Assembly: GCA_963741955.1 (NCBI GenBank)
Contig: CAVUKB010000007.1
Location: 1,184,001-1,248,000, forward strand
Direction of reading: 5' to 3'
DNA: 64,000 bases
Origin: an uncultured Acidobacteriota bacterium
GTDB taxonomy: Bacteria; Acidobacteriota; Thermoanaerobaculia; Gp7-AA8
The notes under the pieces were generated by a model. It was given only the letters and a program-made list of their open reading frames with translations. It did not search any database and was not told where the DNA came from. The first letter of the stretch is position 1; the number at the start of each line of letters is the position of its first letter. The position numbers were made by a program, and so were the translations under genes. This document shows positions 19,302 through 29,097 of the stretch, piece after piece.

Positions 19302-21182
19302 TCAGGAAGCGACTGGAGGAACCGGCGGCGGATCGATTCGAAGTCCCGCTCTGACGTCCGGCTCGCTGCTGCCGAACGTCACCCGGTCACGGCCCTCCCG
19401 CTTGGAGCGGTAGAGCGCGTCGTCACAGACCCGAAGAACCATGCGAATCTGTTCCCCGTGCTGGGGATAGATTCCGACTCCGATGGAGGCGGTGACGCGG
19501 ATGGAACTTTCCTCGGTAACCCGGAAGTCGCGAGCGTGCAACTCTGCCCGGAGACGCTCGGAAAACGTGAGCGCCCCTTCCGATCCGGTATTCGGCATCA
19601 CCACCATGAACTCCTCGCCGCCATAACGGACGGCGAGATCACTCCCGCGAATGGTGGAGCGGAGAACTTCACCGAACTGCGCCAGCACCTGGTCTCCTGC
19701 CTGGTGCCCCCAGGCATCGTTGATCGACTTGAAATGATCGAGATCGATCGAGACGAACGCGATGGAGGTTTCCTGGCGTCGGGCCATTGCGATCTGAATG
19801 CGAAGGTATTCGTCCAGGAACCGCCGGTTGTAGAGACCGGTCAGATCGTCGGTGATCGCGAGCTGTTTGAGCTCCATCTCCCGCTCCTGTGCGAGCTGCA
19901 CCATCTGGAGGTTCTCGATCCCGACGCCGATCAGTCCGGCAGCGGAGGAGAGAATCCGTGCCTGAGCAGGGGTCGGGGTCGCGCGGGTGAGGGAGAACGC
20001 GGCGAGCGTTCCGACCGTCCGGCTTCTGCCGACCAGGGGGAGCTTCGCGATCAGATGGACGTGCGCGGCTGCCGGACTCTCGTGCTCTTCCGAATCGGCG
20101 TAGCTCCCGCTCAGGGCGGTTCCGGGCATCAGGGTGCGCGACTCCTGATCGACCCTCCGGACCAGCTCTACCGGAAGGCCCGCTGCGGCTCCGAGACGCA
20201 CCACATCATCGGACTCCACGATGTGAATGGTCGCCGCATCGACGATGTCGTGGTCGACGAAGAGCCGGACCGCCACGTGAAGCATCTCGTCGAGATCCAT
20301 GCTGGGTGCGGCGACCGCGACCGCGATTCCGTTCATCAGCGCGAGCTGCCGTTCGCGTGTGCGTTTCCAGCGTCGCAGGACGATCCATGCCGCGATCGCC
20401 GCAACGAGGAGGAGAACCACGGCGATCGTCCCGATCGTCGCTTCCCGCACCCATGGCGGTGGCGGGGTGGACAGAATCCGCAGCTCGGTCGGAGAGCGCA
20501 TGATCAGCTGGAACCCGTCCGTGTAAGGGCGATTCATGGCCCGGATGCTCAGGACACCGGTCGCATCGATCTCACTTCCGGGCTGCAGCCGTCTCAGGTC
20601 GAGCTGCCGTCCGATCTTCGGCGGCAGATAAATCTCGAGCGACTTTCCCCGGTCGGCGATGGTGATCGTCGCAGGGTCTTCCGCCTGGACCGCGGTGATG
20701 GTGCCGCGAACCACGAGGAGTCGCCCGTAGTACTGCCAGTCGAGAGCCTCGCGGAGGCCGACGCGCAGCGGTCGCGGTTGAGGGATCTGACCCAGCGTGC
20801 GGATGAATGGACGGTTGATCTGCACCGCTCCGCGGTACTGATCGACGGTTCCGGTCACGTCGAGGAGATCTCCGCGTTTGACTGTTCCACCGAATCGCGG
20901 GCTGAAGATGTAGATGCCGCCCGAGCCGTCCTGGATGAACGCCTGAAAGTACGCATCCGACATCACGCCGCTGGGCAGCGTCACCACTCCCTGCACGTGC
21001 ACGCGTTGCCCGAGGCGGTCGGGCACCGTGTCGTGATTCGCATCGCGAAGAACGGCGGAGATCGGCTCGAGCGGTTCGGTGTCGGCCGTCGCGGCTGCGA
21101 AGCCGCTGGGCGCGACGACGAGCCCCAGGCCGAGAGAGACGAGAGCGCCGGCCCGAAGAAGCAGATCAGTCGAGAATCGCAT
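19302..21182 (-). CDS. Membrane-anchored diguanylate cyclase (extracytoplasmic OB-fold-like pair, GAF, GGDEF)
   Basis: Signal peptide, TM, TDDLTGLYNRR, DLDHFKSIND, RGSD I-site, YGGEEF. Confidence 0.9.
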   Translation of the reverse strand: MRFSTDLLLRAGALVSLGLGLVVAPSGFAAATADTEPLEPISAVLRDANHDTVPDRLGQRVHVQGVVTLPSGVMSDAYFQAFIQDGSGGIYIFSPRFGGTVKRGDLLDVTGTVDQYRGAVQINRPFIRTLGQIPQPRPLRVGLREALDWQYYGRLLVVRGTITAVQAEDPATITIADRGKSLEIYLPPKIGRQLDLRRLQPGSEIDATGVLSIRAMNRPYTDGFQLIMRSPTELRILSTPPPPWVREATIGTIAVVLLLVAAIAAWIVLRRWKRTRERQLALMNGIAVAVAAPSMDLDEMLHVAVRLFVDHDIVDAATIHIVESDDVVRLGAAAGLPVELVRRVDQESRTLMPGTALSGSYADSEEHESPAAAHVHLIAKLPLVGRSRTVGTLAAFSLTRATPTPAQARILSSAAGLIGVGIENLQMVQLAQEREMELKQLAITDDLTGLYNRRFLDEYLRIQIAMARRQETSIAFVSIDLDHFKSINDAWGHQAGDQVLAQFGEVLRSTIRGSDLAVRYGGEEFMVVMPNTGSEGALTFSERLRAELHARDFRVTEESSIRVTASIGVGIYPQHGEQIRMVLRVCDDALYRSKREGRDRVTFGSSEPDVRAGLRIDPPPVPPVAS

Positions 21183-21270
21183 CCGGTTGGTCGTTCGATC
21201 GTAACGTGGAGCAGCCGAGTATGTATGCGATTATACGCCCGCAGGATCGGACCACGTTGGAGGAGGAGAG

Positions 21271-21807
21271 ATGACACGATCGCCCCTGCGACCGCAGCCC
21301 TCGGAATACGCCGAATTCTACCGCGGGTACGTCGACCTGGTTCCCGAAGTAGACATCCTCGAGGCGCTCGAACAGCAGCGCCTCGAGCTTCTCTCGGCGT
21401 TCGGCTCCGTCGGGGCCGATCGTGAAAAGTTCCGCTACGCGCCGGGAAAATGGAGCATCCGGGAAGTCGCCGGACACCTCATCGACAGCGAACGGGTCTT
21501 CGCGTATCGCGCACTCTCGTTCGCCCGCGAAGAAGGGGTCGAGCTTCCCGGATTCGACGAGAATCAATGGTCGGCATCAGCGGGCGCGGATGCCATCCCG
21601 CTCGCGGAGCTCTCTTCCCATTTCGATGCCCTGCGTCGCGCGAACCTTGCCATGTTCCGCGCCTTCCCCTCCGGTGCGTGGGAGAGGAGCGGCGTTGCGA
21701 ACCAGGTTCCGATCACCGTTCGTGCGCTCGCGTGGATCATGGCCGGTCATGCCAGACACCACCTTCGGGTCCTCGAAGAGCGGTACGGCGTCCGTCGCGA
21801 CGGCTGA
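21271..21807 (+). CDS. DinB/YfiT family protein
   Basis: YAPGKWSIREVAGHLIDSERVF, LPGFDEN, AGHARHHL. Confidence 0.9.
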   Translation: MTRSPLRPQPSEYAEFYRGYVDLVPEVDILEALEQQRLELLSAFGSVGADREKFRYAPGKWSIREVAGHLIDSERVFAYRALSFAREEGVELPGFDENQWSASAGADAIPLAELSSHFDALRRANLAMFRAFPSGAWERSGVANQVPITVRALAWIMAGHARHHLRVLEERYGVRRDG

Positions 21808-22157
21808 AGAAGGAGGGGTGCACGCCGCGGGTCATAGGTTTCCCGGGTTTCCCGGGCCGGCGTGACGTCTTCCAGCTCGAATCGGGCTGGCCTCTCGCTA
21901 CCGACCCGCTCGGCAGCAAGGTCACGCTCCGGCTCGAGCTCCACCTCCTCGCCACGACACGGGGTGAGAAATCCGAGCTGGCAGTTCCGCGCGAACTGAA
22001 GGACCGGCACCCCCCTGGGGGAAGCAGAGTCTGCCGTCGGAATCGGCCGCGCCCGGGGCGGCTCGAATTCCGAAAAAGGAGAGAGCGGTTCAATCCTTCG
22101 GAAATGGCGAGGCTTCTGCATTGCCGATTGATGGCAACGAAAACGAACCGCGAGGAT

Positions 22158-22173
22158 TGACCCCATGGGGTCA
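22158..22173. repeat. Perfect 16-bp palindrome upstream of the RAYT-like gene
   Basis: TGACCCCATGGGGTCA is its own reverse complement. Confidence 0.75.
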
Positions 22174-22203
22174 TGTCTCGACAAACCATGTTAGGATGTA
22201 GCA

Positions 22204-23157
22204 ATGGCTAGACCTCTCAGACTGGAGCATCCGAACGGCCTCTGGTTGGTGTCGAACCGGCGGGATGAGCGGCACGCCATCTTCCGTGACGACGAAGACC
22301 GGGAGAGCTTCATCCGGACCGTGGGACGGGTTGCGATCGCATCCCGCTGGCACGTTCTGGCTTACGGACTTGCGGACCGGCACTACGTGCTTCTTATCCG
22401 GACCCCGGAAACGAATCTTTCGACCGGAATGAGGCAGATCAACGGAATCTACACGCAATACTTCAATCGACGTTACCGCCGCAAGGGCTCCCTGATGGAG
22501 GGGAGATTCCGCGGGGTGATCGTGGAGCAGGACGCGAATTTCGCCGAGCTCCTCAGGTATGCGGTGACCATGCCGGTGACCGAAGGCGCTGCGCGCTCCG
22601 CGGCGTCCTGGAAGTGGAGCAGCTATCGCGCGACGGCGGGACAGGTGACACCTCCGGAATGGCTCGACGTGGATGAAGCCCTCACCGCATTCGGACGGAG
22701 TCGAAAGAAGGCGCAGGAGTCGTACCGGCAGTTCATCGCCGCGGGAAAGCGTTCCGACTACGACCCCTGGAGCCAGGTGAAGGGTCAGGTCTTTCTCGGA
22801 AGCGAAGAGTTCCGGCGGAAGATGATGAAGGAGCTTCCCCGAGTCGCTGGATCATCGGAGACCCGCGAGCGCCGGGTGCTGAAGGGACGTCCGAATCTGA
22901 GCGCCATCTTCGGACAGACGGCGAAGGAATTCCGGATGGACGAGAAGGACCTCCGCCGCGGCCGCGGCGGCACGCCGCGGACCATGGCGGCGTTTCTCGC
23001 CCGCCGGGAGGGGAGCATCTCTCTCGGGCCGATCGCGAGGGCTCTCGGTATCGCCGAATCGGCGGTCTCGCGGCTGGCGCGACTGGGGGAGGAGCAGTAC
23101 GAGGGGGACGCCGATTTCCGCCGCTCCGCGGACCGCATCACCAAACGAATCATCTGA
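22204..23157 (+). CDS. REP-associated tyrosine transposase (Y1/RAYT)-like protein with C-terminal HTH; catalytic motifs degenerate
   Basis: MARPLR, IFRDDEDR, NLSTGMRQINGIYTQYFNRR, WKWSSYRA, GQVFLGSEEF typical of RAYTs; HUH region reads LADRHYV. Confidence 0.88.
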   Translation: MARPLRLEHPNGLWLVSNRRDERHAIFRDDEDRESFIRTVGRVAIASRWHVLAYGLADRHYVLLIRTPETNLSTGMRQINGIYTQYFNRRYRRKGSLMEGRFRGVIVEQDANFAELLRYAVTMPVTEGAARSAASWKWSSYRATAGQVTPPEWLDVDEALTAFGRSRKKAQESYRQFIAAGKRSDYDPWSQVKGQVFLGSEEFRRKMMKELPRVAGSSETRERRVLKGRPNLSAIFGQTAKEFRMDEKDLRRGRGGTPRTMAAFLARREGSISLGPIARALGIAESAVSRLARLGEEQYEGDADFRRSADRITKRII

Positions 23158-23195
23158 TCAGCTTGGGGTGAGCCGTATCTCAGCGTACTTGCGCT

Positions 23196-23704
23196 CCGGG
23201 GTGCGGATCCCGCCCTGCGGGATCCGCCGCTAGAATCGCGTTGTACGCGAGGAAGAGCGAGCCTGGGGGTGAGCGGGAAGCGTCACGCACGAGCCGGAGC
23301 GGCTTCGCTTCTGCCACAGCCGTCGTCTCATCCCTCTTCGAACGTGAGTTGCGCGGCGGATCAGAGGATCCGCGCCCCTCGGCGTTATCTCGCCTCGGGG
23401 TAGTTCTTCCGGGGTGCGGATCCCGCCCTGCGGGATCCGCCGCGAGCGTCGCGTTGTACGCGAAGAAGAGCGAGCCTGGGGGTGAGCGGGAAGCGTCACG
23501 CACGAGCCGGAGCGGCTTCGCTTCTGCCACAGCCGTCGTCTCATCCCTCTTCGAACGTGAGTTGAGCGGCGGATCAGAGGAGCCGCGCCCTTCGGCGTTA
23601 TCTCGCCTCGGGGTAGTTCTTCCGGGGTGCGGATCCCGCCCTGCGGGATCCGCCGCGAGCATCGCGTTGTACGCGAAGAAGAGCGAGCCTGCGGGTGAGC
23701 GGGA
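23196..23704. repeat. Repeat family A: tandem 213-bp units (about 2.4 copies) with GC hairpin
   Basis: CCGGGGTGCGGATCCCGCCCTGCGGGATCCGC starts at 23196, 23409 and 23622. Confidence 0.92.
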
Positions 23705-23716
23705 CCAGCGGTTGCG

Positions 23717-25063
23717 TCAGTGCGTGAATGGGCTCGGGTAGCTCGTCAGTGACGTCTCTCTGAATCCGATGCCGTGTGCCGCCAGCTCTTCGAGAATCGA
23801 TTCGTAGAGCTCGGGGATCACCGGGATCAGCGCACCGGTGGCATGGATGCGGCGCCGGTCGAGCAGGAGGCGCGTCGCGATCGCGGCCGGAAGGGTGACC
23901 GTTCTCGCCATCGCCGAGTCCCCCCACGCCTTGCCGATCTCGGCCAGGGTCGAGCGGATGTACTCGTGCCGCCCGTCGGGATAGATGGCAGTGATGTTGT
24001 GCTGCATGGCCACCATGTCGCGCTCACCCGGGCGATAGACCATCATCTTCTGCAGGCGGTCGACGAAGATGTCGAGAGCCGACGCGGACGAACGAGGCAG
24101 AGGACGGTCGGAGAAGAACCCTGCCCACTCCAGCCGGGTGATGATCTCCGAATCGGGATCGATCCCCAGGAACCTCGCGACCCTTGCCACGAGCGCCCCC
24201 CCGTTCTCCGGAAGGAGCCGGGTGAGGAAATCGGCATACGTGGTTCCCTCCGGCCACTCCCGTACCGTCACGTCGAACAGCCCGAGGTCCGCAGCCGCTT
24301 TCATCGTGTCGCACCAGCCGGGATAGCGGATGGTGCCGCGGAACATGTTCACCACCCCATTGAGGCCGTAAAGGTCGATGTACGAGATCGAGTCGCGGTT
24401 CGGATAGATCTCGAACACGCCCTGGCTCTCGACTTCGAACGGCCAGTGATGCGCGAACAGATCCGGTCCGTCCACCTCGACCGTGTTCCCGTTGCGGAGG
24501 TAGCGCGCGCTCTCGCGTCCGGCGAGAACCACCCCTCGGGGATTCCAGGAGAACTTGTACCCCCACGGGTTGTCGTGGGCGTCGGGCGCCGGAAATCCGC
24601 CGCAGCAGCTCGAAAAGTGTGTGATGGTCGCGCTCCGCGAGCGGAGCTTGTTGACCAGATGTACCGCCGACATGTGGTCGATGCCGGGGTCCAGTCCGGT
24701 TTCGCTGAGCACCGCCACTCCTGCCTTCTTCGCTTCGTGGTCGAGCTCCCGGACCGCGGGCGACTGATACGACGTGCTCACGAAATTCTTCCGGTGTGCG
24801 ATGGCCATCTTCGCCATCGGTGCCTGAAGGAACGCAGGAAGGAGACAGACTACGACGTCGGACTCGCGCACCAGCCGGTCGACGGCGGGGGTGTCGGTCG
24901 CATCGAGGGTCAGAGCTCGAACGCGGTCGCTGGTCTCGAGAAACGGCTGGACGCGCTCGAGCTCCTGAGCGGCGACGACGATTCGGTATTCGCGGCGATC
25001 GAGGAAGTAACGGATCAGGGGGGGCGAGGTCATCCCTGCGCCGAGAAGCAGAATGTTCTTCAT
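23717..25063 (-). CDS. Saccharopine dehydrogenase (glutamate-forming, Lys9/AASS-SDH-like)
   Basis: ILLLGAG, ETGLDPGIDHMSA, SCCGGFPAP, NPWGYKFSWNPRG, YPNRDS, RGTIRYPG, SAMARTV. Confidence 0.93.
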   Translation of the reverse strand: MKNILLLGAGMTSPPLIRYFLDRREYRIVVAAQELERVQPFLETSDRVRALTLDATDTPAVDRLVRESDVVVCLLPAFLQAPMAKMAIAHRKNFVSTSYQSPAVRELDHEAKKAGVAVLSETGLDPGIDHMSAVHLVNKLRSRSATITHFSSCCGGFPAPDAHDNPWGYKFSWNPRGVVLAGRESARYLRNGNTVEVDGPDLFAHHWPFEVESQGVFEIYPNRDSISYIDLYGLNGVVNMFRGTIRYPGWCDTMKAAADLGLFDVTVREWPEGTTYADFLTRLLPENGGALVARVARFLGIDPDSEIITRLEWAGFFSDRPLPRSSASALDIFVDRLQKMMVYRPGERDMVAMQHNITAIYPDGRHEYIRSTLAEIGKAWGDSAMARTVTLPAAIATRLLLDRRRIHATGALIPVIPELYESILEELAAHGIGFRETSLTSYPSPFTH

Positions 25064-25208
25064 TTCGTTTACGGTCCGTGCCCGGCTCCGGCCGGGCTCG
25101 GCGATGATCGTAACATCCGTTCCGGTGACGACGCCAACCGAGGAGTCATCGATTCCCGGAGCCGAAGCACTCTCTATGGAGCCGTCGGCAGAGGGGGGCC
25201 CTCTCGGT

Positions 25209-26558
25209 TCACGACTCCTTCACGAATTGCTCCAGATACCGATACGGGGGAGTGAGCACTCCACGATGAACGATCACCGCGCGGGTGAGCTCCGTTGGAA
25301 GCTCGAGAGCGTCGTACTCCACCTCCCAGTCGCACTCCGCGAGAGGCGCCGCGAAACGGACCAGGCTGTCCCCGAAGTGCTCCGACGACTCGACCGGCAG
25401 CTCGCACGGGAGGTTGTCCACGGCCATGATCACCGGACCGCGTCCGCGTGATCCCATCGAGACCTCACCGGTCGACGGCTCCCAGACGTAGATCGGATCT
25501 CCCGGCGTGGTGGACCGAACCGTCGCTTCGATCGATCCTCCGATGTCGCACGTGATGTCTCCGATCACTCTGAGCTTCGGCTGAGTCTCGCTGTTCCAAA
25601 GCCGGGCCAGTTGTTCGCGTGTCACCAGTCGCGGCTGTTCCGGTTCCCAGTAGATCCCGTTGACGAGGACCGTGATGTGCGGAAGGAGTCGATCGAGCGC
25701 GGAGCGGTAGAGCTCGGGATGCTCCCTGTACTGGTACAGCTCGAAGCCGCCGCCGTCGATCCGTTCGTACCGCTGCGAACGGTCGAGGATGGTCTTGTAC
25801 ACCACGTTTCGGGGACGGGTGCGATCTTCCGGCAGCGACGGAAGCTCTTCCGGGTCGATCCACTGATACGGGAGCCGGTCGAACACTTCCTGCGCCCCCT
25901 TCGAGACGTTTCCACTTCCCGCGAACGCGAAGACCACCGGACGGAGACCGGCTTCCAGTCCGTCGTGCCGGATCCGTTCGCCGATCCTTCCGATGTGACC
26001 GGTCGCCTCGTCGAGGCTCGAGTACTGGTGAGCGAGCCGGACATCCTGGAGCGGAGTGTGGAATCCTTCCGTTTCGAGACGATTGCCCAGCGCCCAGAGG
26101 GTGTCGATCATTCCCGCGTATCCGGCGTGCCGGGAGAAGAAGATCAGCCGTCTCCCTTTCGCATCGGTGATCCTCTCGTAGTCGATCAGGGTGCAATTCT
26201 GATCCATCAGCCGGCGAAGCAGCGGCATGTTGTAGACCTGACCCTTGGTGGTGTGGGAGAAGAAGAGATAGGTCGTGTTCGCCTGCAGCTTCGCGATCGG
26301 GATTTCTTTGACCCCGAGGATCACCCGGCAGGGGGAGAGGTCGATGTTCAGCTCCGCTCCGGCGCGCGTGTAGTCGAGATCGTGGAACACCCGGCGGGAG
26401 GAGGGTTGTACGCGGAACGAGAGCGTCTGCTCGCGAGTGAGCTCGGAGACGTGGTCGGGGGTGAGGGGCGCACGGCGCTCCCACCGGTTCTTGTCTTCGG
26501 CGCGGATCCCGATGATGGACGGCAAGGCAACCTCCCGGACGGATTGGATGAACGCCAT
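25209..26558 (-). CDS. Lysine-ketoglutarate reductase (AASS-LKR-like, AlaDh/PNT fold); start uncertain
   Basis: IRAEDKNRWERRAPLTP, LGVKE, FFSHTTKGQVYNMPLL, LIDYE, GSGNVSKGAQE, DITCDIGGSIE, AVDNLPCELP. Confidence 0.9.
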   Translation of the reverse strand: MAFIQSVREVALPSIIGIRAEDKNRWERRAPLTPDHVSELTREQTLSFRVQPSSRRVFHDLDYTRAGAELNIDLSPCRVILGVKEIPIAKLQANTTYLFFSHTTKGQVYNMPLLRRLMDQNCTLIDYERITDAKGRRLIFFSRHAGYAGMIDTLWALGNRLETEGFHTPLQDVRLAHQYSSLDEATGHIGRIGERIRHDGLEAGLRPVVFAFAGSGNVSKGAQEVFDRLPYQWIDPEELPSLPEDRTRPRNVVYKTILDRSQRYERIDGGGFELYQYREHPELYRSALDRLLPHITVLVNGIYWEPEQPRLVTREQLARLWNSETQPKLRVIGDITCDIGGSIEATVRSTTPGDPIYVWEPSTGEVSMGSRGRGPVIMAVDNLPCELPVESSEHFGDSLVRFAAPLAECDWEVEYDALELPTELTRAVIVHRGVLTPPYRYLEQFVKES

Positions 26559-26759
26559 TGTAGTGTTTCATGAATCCCTTGCATCCGGTTACGGGCGCCG
26601 GCAGATCGGACGAGGGATTCATGAAACGAATGCTATCGCGATGCGGGGCTGAGGCTCCAGGTCACTGCGCCGGCAGAGCCCGATCGAGAGCGGACGCGGG
26701 CGGCCTGCCTGCTGAAAGAATTGCATGGCCGCCGCGTTTCGTCTTACGATCCCGAATGT

Positions 26760-27266
26760 ATGGGATCCAATACGAATTCCGCAACCGACCGTGAAGTGAA
26801 GTATGTCCTCGACGCGCTGAGGATCATCGTGCGTGCCCTCAGAGTCGCGGACGCGGGACTCCAGCACCGTCGAGGCATGAGCGCAGCGCAGATGTTCGTC
26901 CTCCAGCAGCTGGCGGCCTCGCCGGGGATCTCGCTCAATCAACTCGCCGAGCGGGTTCTCACCCACCAGAGCTCCGTCTCGGTGGTGGTCAAGCGCCTGG
27001 TGGAGCGAGGGCTGGTCGTCCGGAAGCGGTCCGCCGATGACGCCCGCAGACTCGAGCTCTCGCTGACGTCGAAGGGGAGACTCGCTGCGCGAAAAGCTCC
27101 TCCCGCAGTTCAGAACGAGCTGATCGCCGGCTTGCGCGAGCTCTCGCCCGTGCGAAGACGGGCTCTCGGTCGAACCCTCTCCGGGATCGCGTCCAGAATC
27201 GGCGAAGGAGGCGCGGTGCCGCCGATGTTCTTCGAGAATCCACGCGGCGGAGGAGATCGTTCGTGA
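26760..27266 (+). CDS. MarR family transcriptional regulator
   Basis: GMSAAQMFVL, SVSVVVKRLVERGLVVR...DARRLELSLT. Confidence 0.88.
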   Translation: MGSNTNSATDREVKYVLDALRIIVRALRVADAGLQHRRGMSAAQMFVLQQLAASPGISLNQLAERVLTHQSSVSVVVKRLVERGLVVRKRSADDARRLELSLTSKGRLAARKAPPAVQNELIAGLRELSPVRRRALGRTLSGIASRIGEGGAVPPMFFENPRGGGDRS

Positions 27267-29077
27267 CCGCACCGGATTCGCGAGCCGGTGGTTTCATCCC
27301 GGTGGCTCCGTCGATGGAGCCGGCGCTCTCGGATGTCCGTCTTCCCGCTCCGCCTCTGCTGATGTCCCGCCGGGATCTCGTCATCGCGATCCTGGCCGTG
27401 CTGCTCGGTGCGGCGGCGGCCGTGATCGCGGACGCACTGGTGCATCTGATCGGGCTGATCACCAACCTCTGTTTCTATGGCCGCTTCTCGGACTCCTTCG
27501 TCGATCCGGGAGGAACCACTCTCGGCTGGCCGCTCATCTTCATTCCTGCCGTCGGTGGAGTGATCGTCGGCATCATGGCCCGGTACGGCTCGATCGCCAT
27601 CCGCGGCCACGGGATCCCGGAGGCGATGGAGCAGGTGCTTCTCAACCAAAGCCGGATCCCGCCGCGGGTGACGCTCCTCAAGCCGCTCTCCGCCGCGATC
27701 GCAATCGGGACCGGAGGACCGTTCGGTGCGGAAGGCCCGATCATCGCCACGGGTGGGGCACTCGGCTCTCTCGTCGGTCAGATCTTCCGCACCACCGCGG
27801 TGGAACGGAAGACGCTCCTCGCGGCGGGAGCGGCGGGGGGGATGGCGGCGACGTTCGGGAGTCCGGTCTCCGCAGTCCTTCTGGCCATCGAGCTTCTGCT
27901 GTTCGAATATCGCCCGCGCTCGGTCGTCCCGGTCGCGCTGGCCAGTGTCACTGCGACTGCGGTCCGATTCGCGATCGTGGGTTCCGCGCCGATCTTCGGA
28001 ATGCCGCACCTCGAAGCGCCCGGCGGCGTGGCACTCTGCATCTACATCGCGATCGGCGCGCTCCTGGGGGTGGTCTCCGTCTTCGTCACGCGCGCGGTCT
28101 ACGCAGTGGAGGACGGGTTCGAGCGGTTGCCGGTCCACTGGATGTGGTGGCCCGCGATCGGAGGTCTCGCGGTGGGTGTGGTCGGACTGGTCGTGCCGCA
28201 GACCATGGGAGTGGGGTACGACAACATCCACGCTCTCCTGATCGGTTCAATGACCGGTCGGGCACTTCTGATTCTCGCGGTGATGAAATTCATCTCGTGG
28301 GCCATCTCTCTCGGCAGCGGTACGTCCGGAGGAACGCTCGCTCCTCTCTTCACCATCGGCGGCGGCATCGGAGGGGCGATGGGATTCCTCCTCGTCGCAG
28401 TCTGGCCGGGAAGCGGTATCGATCCACGGATCGCCGCGCTGATCGGAATGGCGGCGATCTTCGGCGGAGCGTCACGCGCGCTGCTCGCCTCTGTGGTATT
28501 CGCATTCGAGACGACCCTTCAGCCGATGACACTGCTTCCGCTCCTCGGAGGATGCGCGGCTTCGTACCTCGTCTCCGTATTTCTGATGGAGAACACCATC
28601 ATGACCGAGAAGCTGGCCCGCCGCGGCGTTCGTGTCCCAGCCGAGTACGCAGCAGATTTTCTCGACACCCTCCGGGTCGGCGAGTACTGCACGCGCGAGG
28701 CCGTATCGCTGCGCGCATCGGATTCGGTGAGATCGGTTCGCCAGTGGCTCGGCGAAGCGGGTGCTCAGTCGACGCATCAGGGATTTCCGGTTCTCGACGA
28801 ACGGGAATCGCTGGTGGGTGTCGTCACCCGTCGCGACCTCCTCGCCTCCGGGATCGATCCGCGGAGGGAGGTGAGAACGATCGTCCGCCGCCCCCCTGCC
28901 GTCTGCCTGGAGAGCACGACTCTGCGCGAGGCTGCGGATCACATGATCGACGAAGGGGTGGGGAGACTTCCGGTCGTCACAGGGGATTCCTCCATGCGCG
29001 TGGTCGGCATCATCACCCGGAGCGACATCCTTGCGGCACACCGGAAACGCCTCAGCGACGTGCGGCAGATCGCCTGA
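27263..29077 (+). CDS. ClC family chloride channel/transporter with CBS pair
   Basis: GHGIPE, GGPFGAEGP, GTSGGTLAP; C-terminal CBS domains (GFPV, RLPVV, GIITRSD). Confidence 0.93.
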   Translation: MTAPDSRAGGFIPVAPSMEPALSDVRLPAPPLLMSRRDLVIAILAVLLGAAAAVIADALVHLIGLITNLCFYGRFSDSFVDPGGTTLGWPLIFIPAVGGVIVGIMARYGSIAIRGHGIPEAMEQVLLNQSRIPPRVTLLKPLSAAIAIGTGGPFGAEGPIIATGGALGSLVGQIFRTTAVERKTLLAAGAAGGMAATFGSPVSAVLLAIELLLFEYRPRSVVPVALASVTATAVRFAIVGSAPIFGMPHLEAPGGVALCIYIAIGALLGVVSVFVTRAVYAVEDGFERLPVHWMWWPAIGGLAVGVVGLVVPQTMGVGYDNIHALLIGSMTGRALLILAVMKFISWAISLGSGTSGGTLAPLFTIGGGIGGAMGFLLVAVWPGSGIDPRIAALIGMAAIFGGASRALLASVVFAFETTLQPMTLLPLLGGCAASYLVSVFLMENTIMTEKLARRGVRVPAEYAADFLDTLRVGEYCTREAVSLRASDSVRSVRQWLGEAGAQSTHQGFPVLDERESLVGVVTRRDLLASGIDPRREVRTIVRRPPAVCLESTTLREAADHMIDEGVGRLPVVTGDSSMRVVGIITRSDILAAHRKRLSDVRQIA

Positions 29078-29097
29078 GAGCTCACGCTTCGATCCGT

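Noticed and set aside
19269-21425. 718-aa plus-strand ORF and similar long antisense ORFs (e.g. 10710..12665, 32087..34018)
   Set aside because: Shadow ORFs opposite well-supported genes, expected in high-GC DNA.
23180-23741. Repetitive ORFs across array A
   Set aside because: A 213-bp period gives open frames on both strands; the DNA hairpins explain the conservation better.
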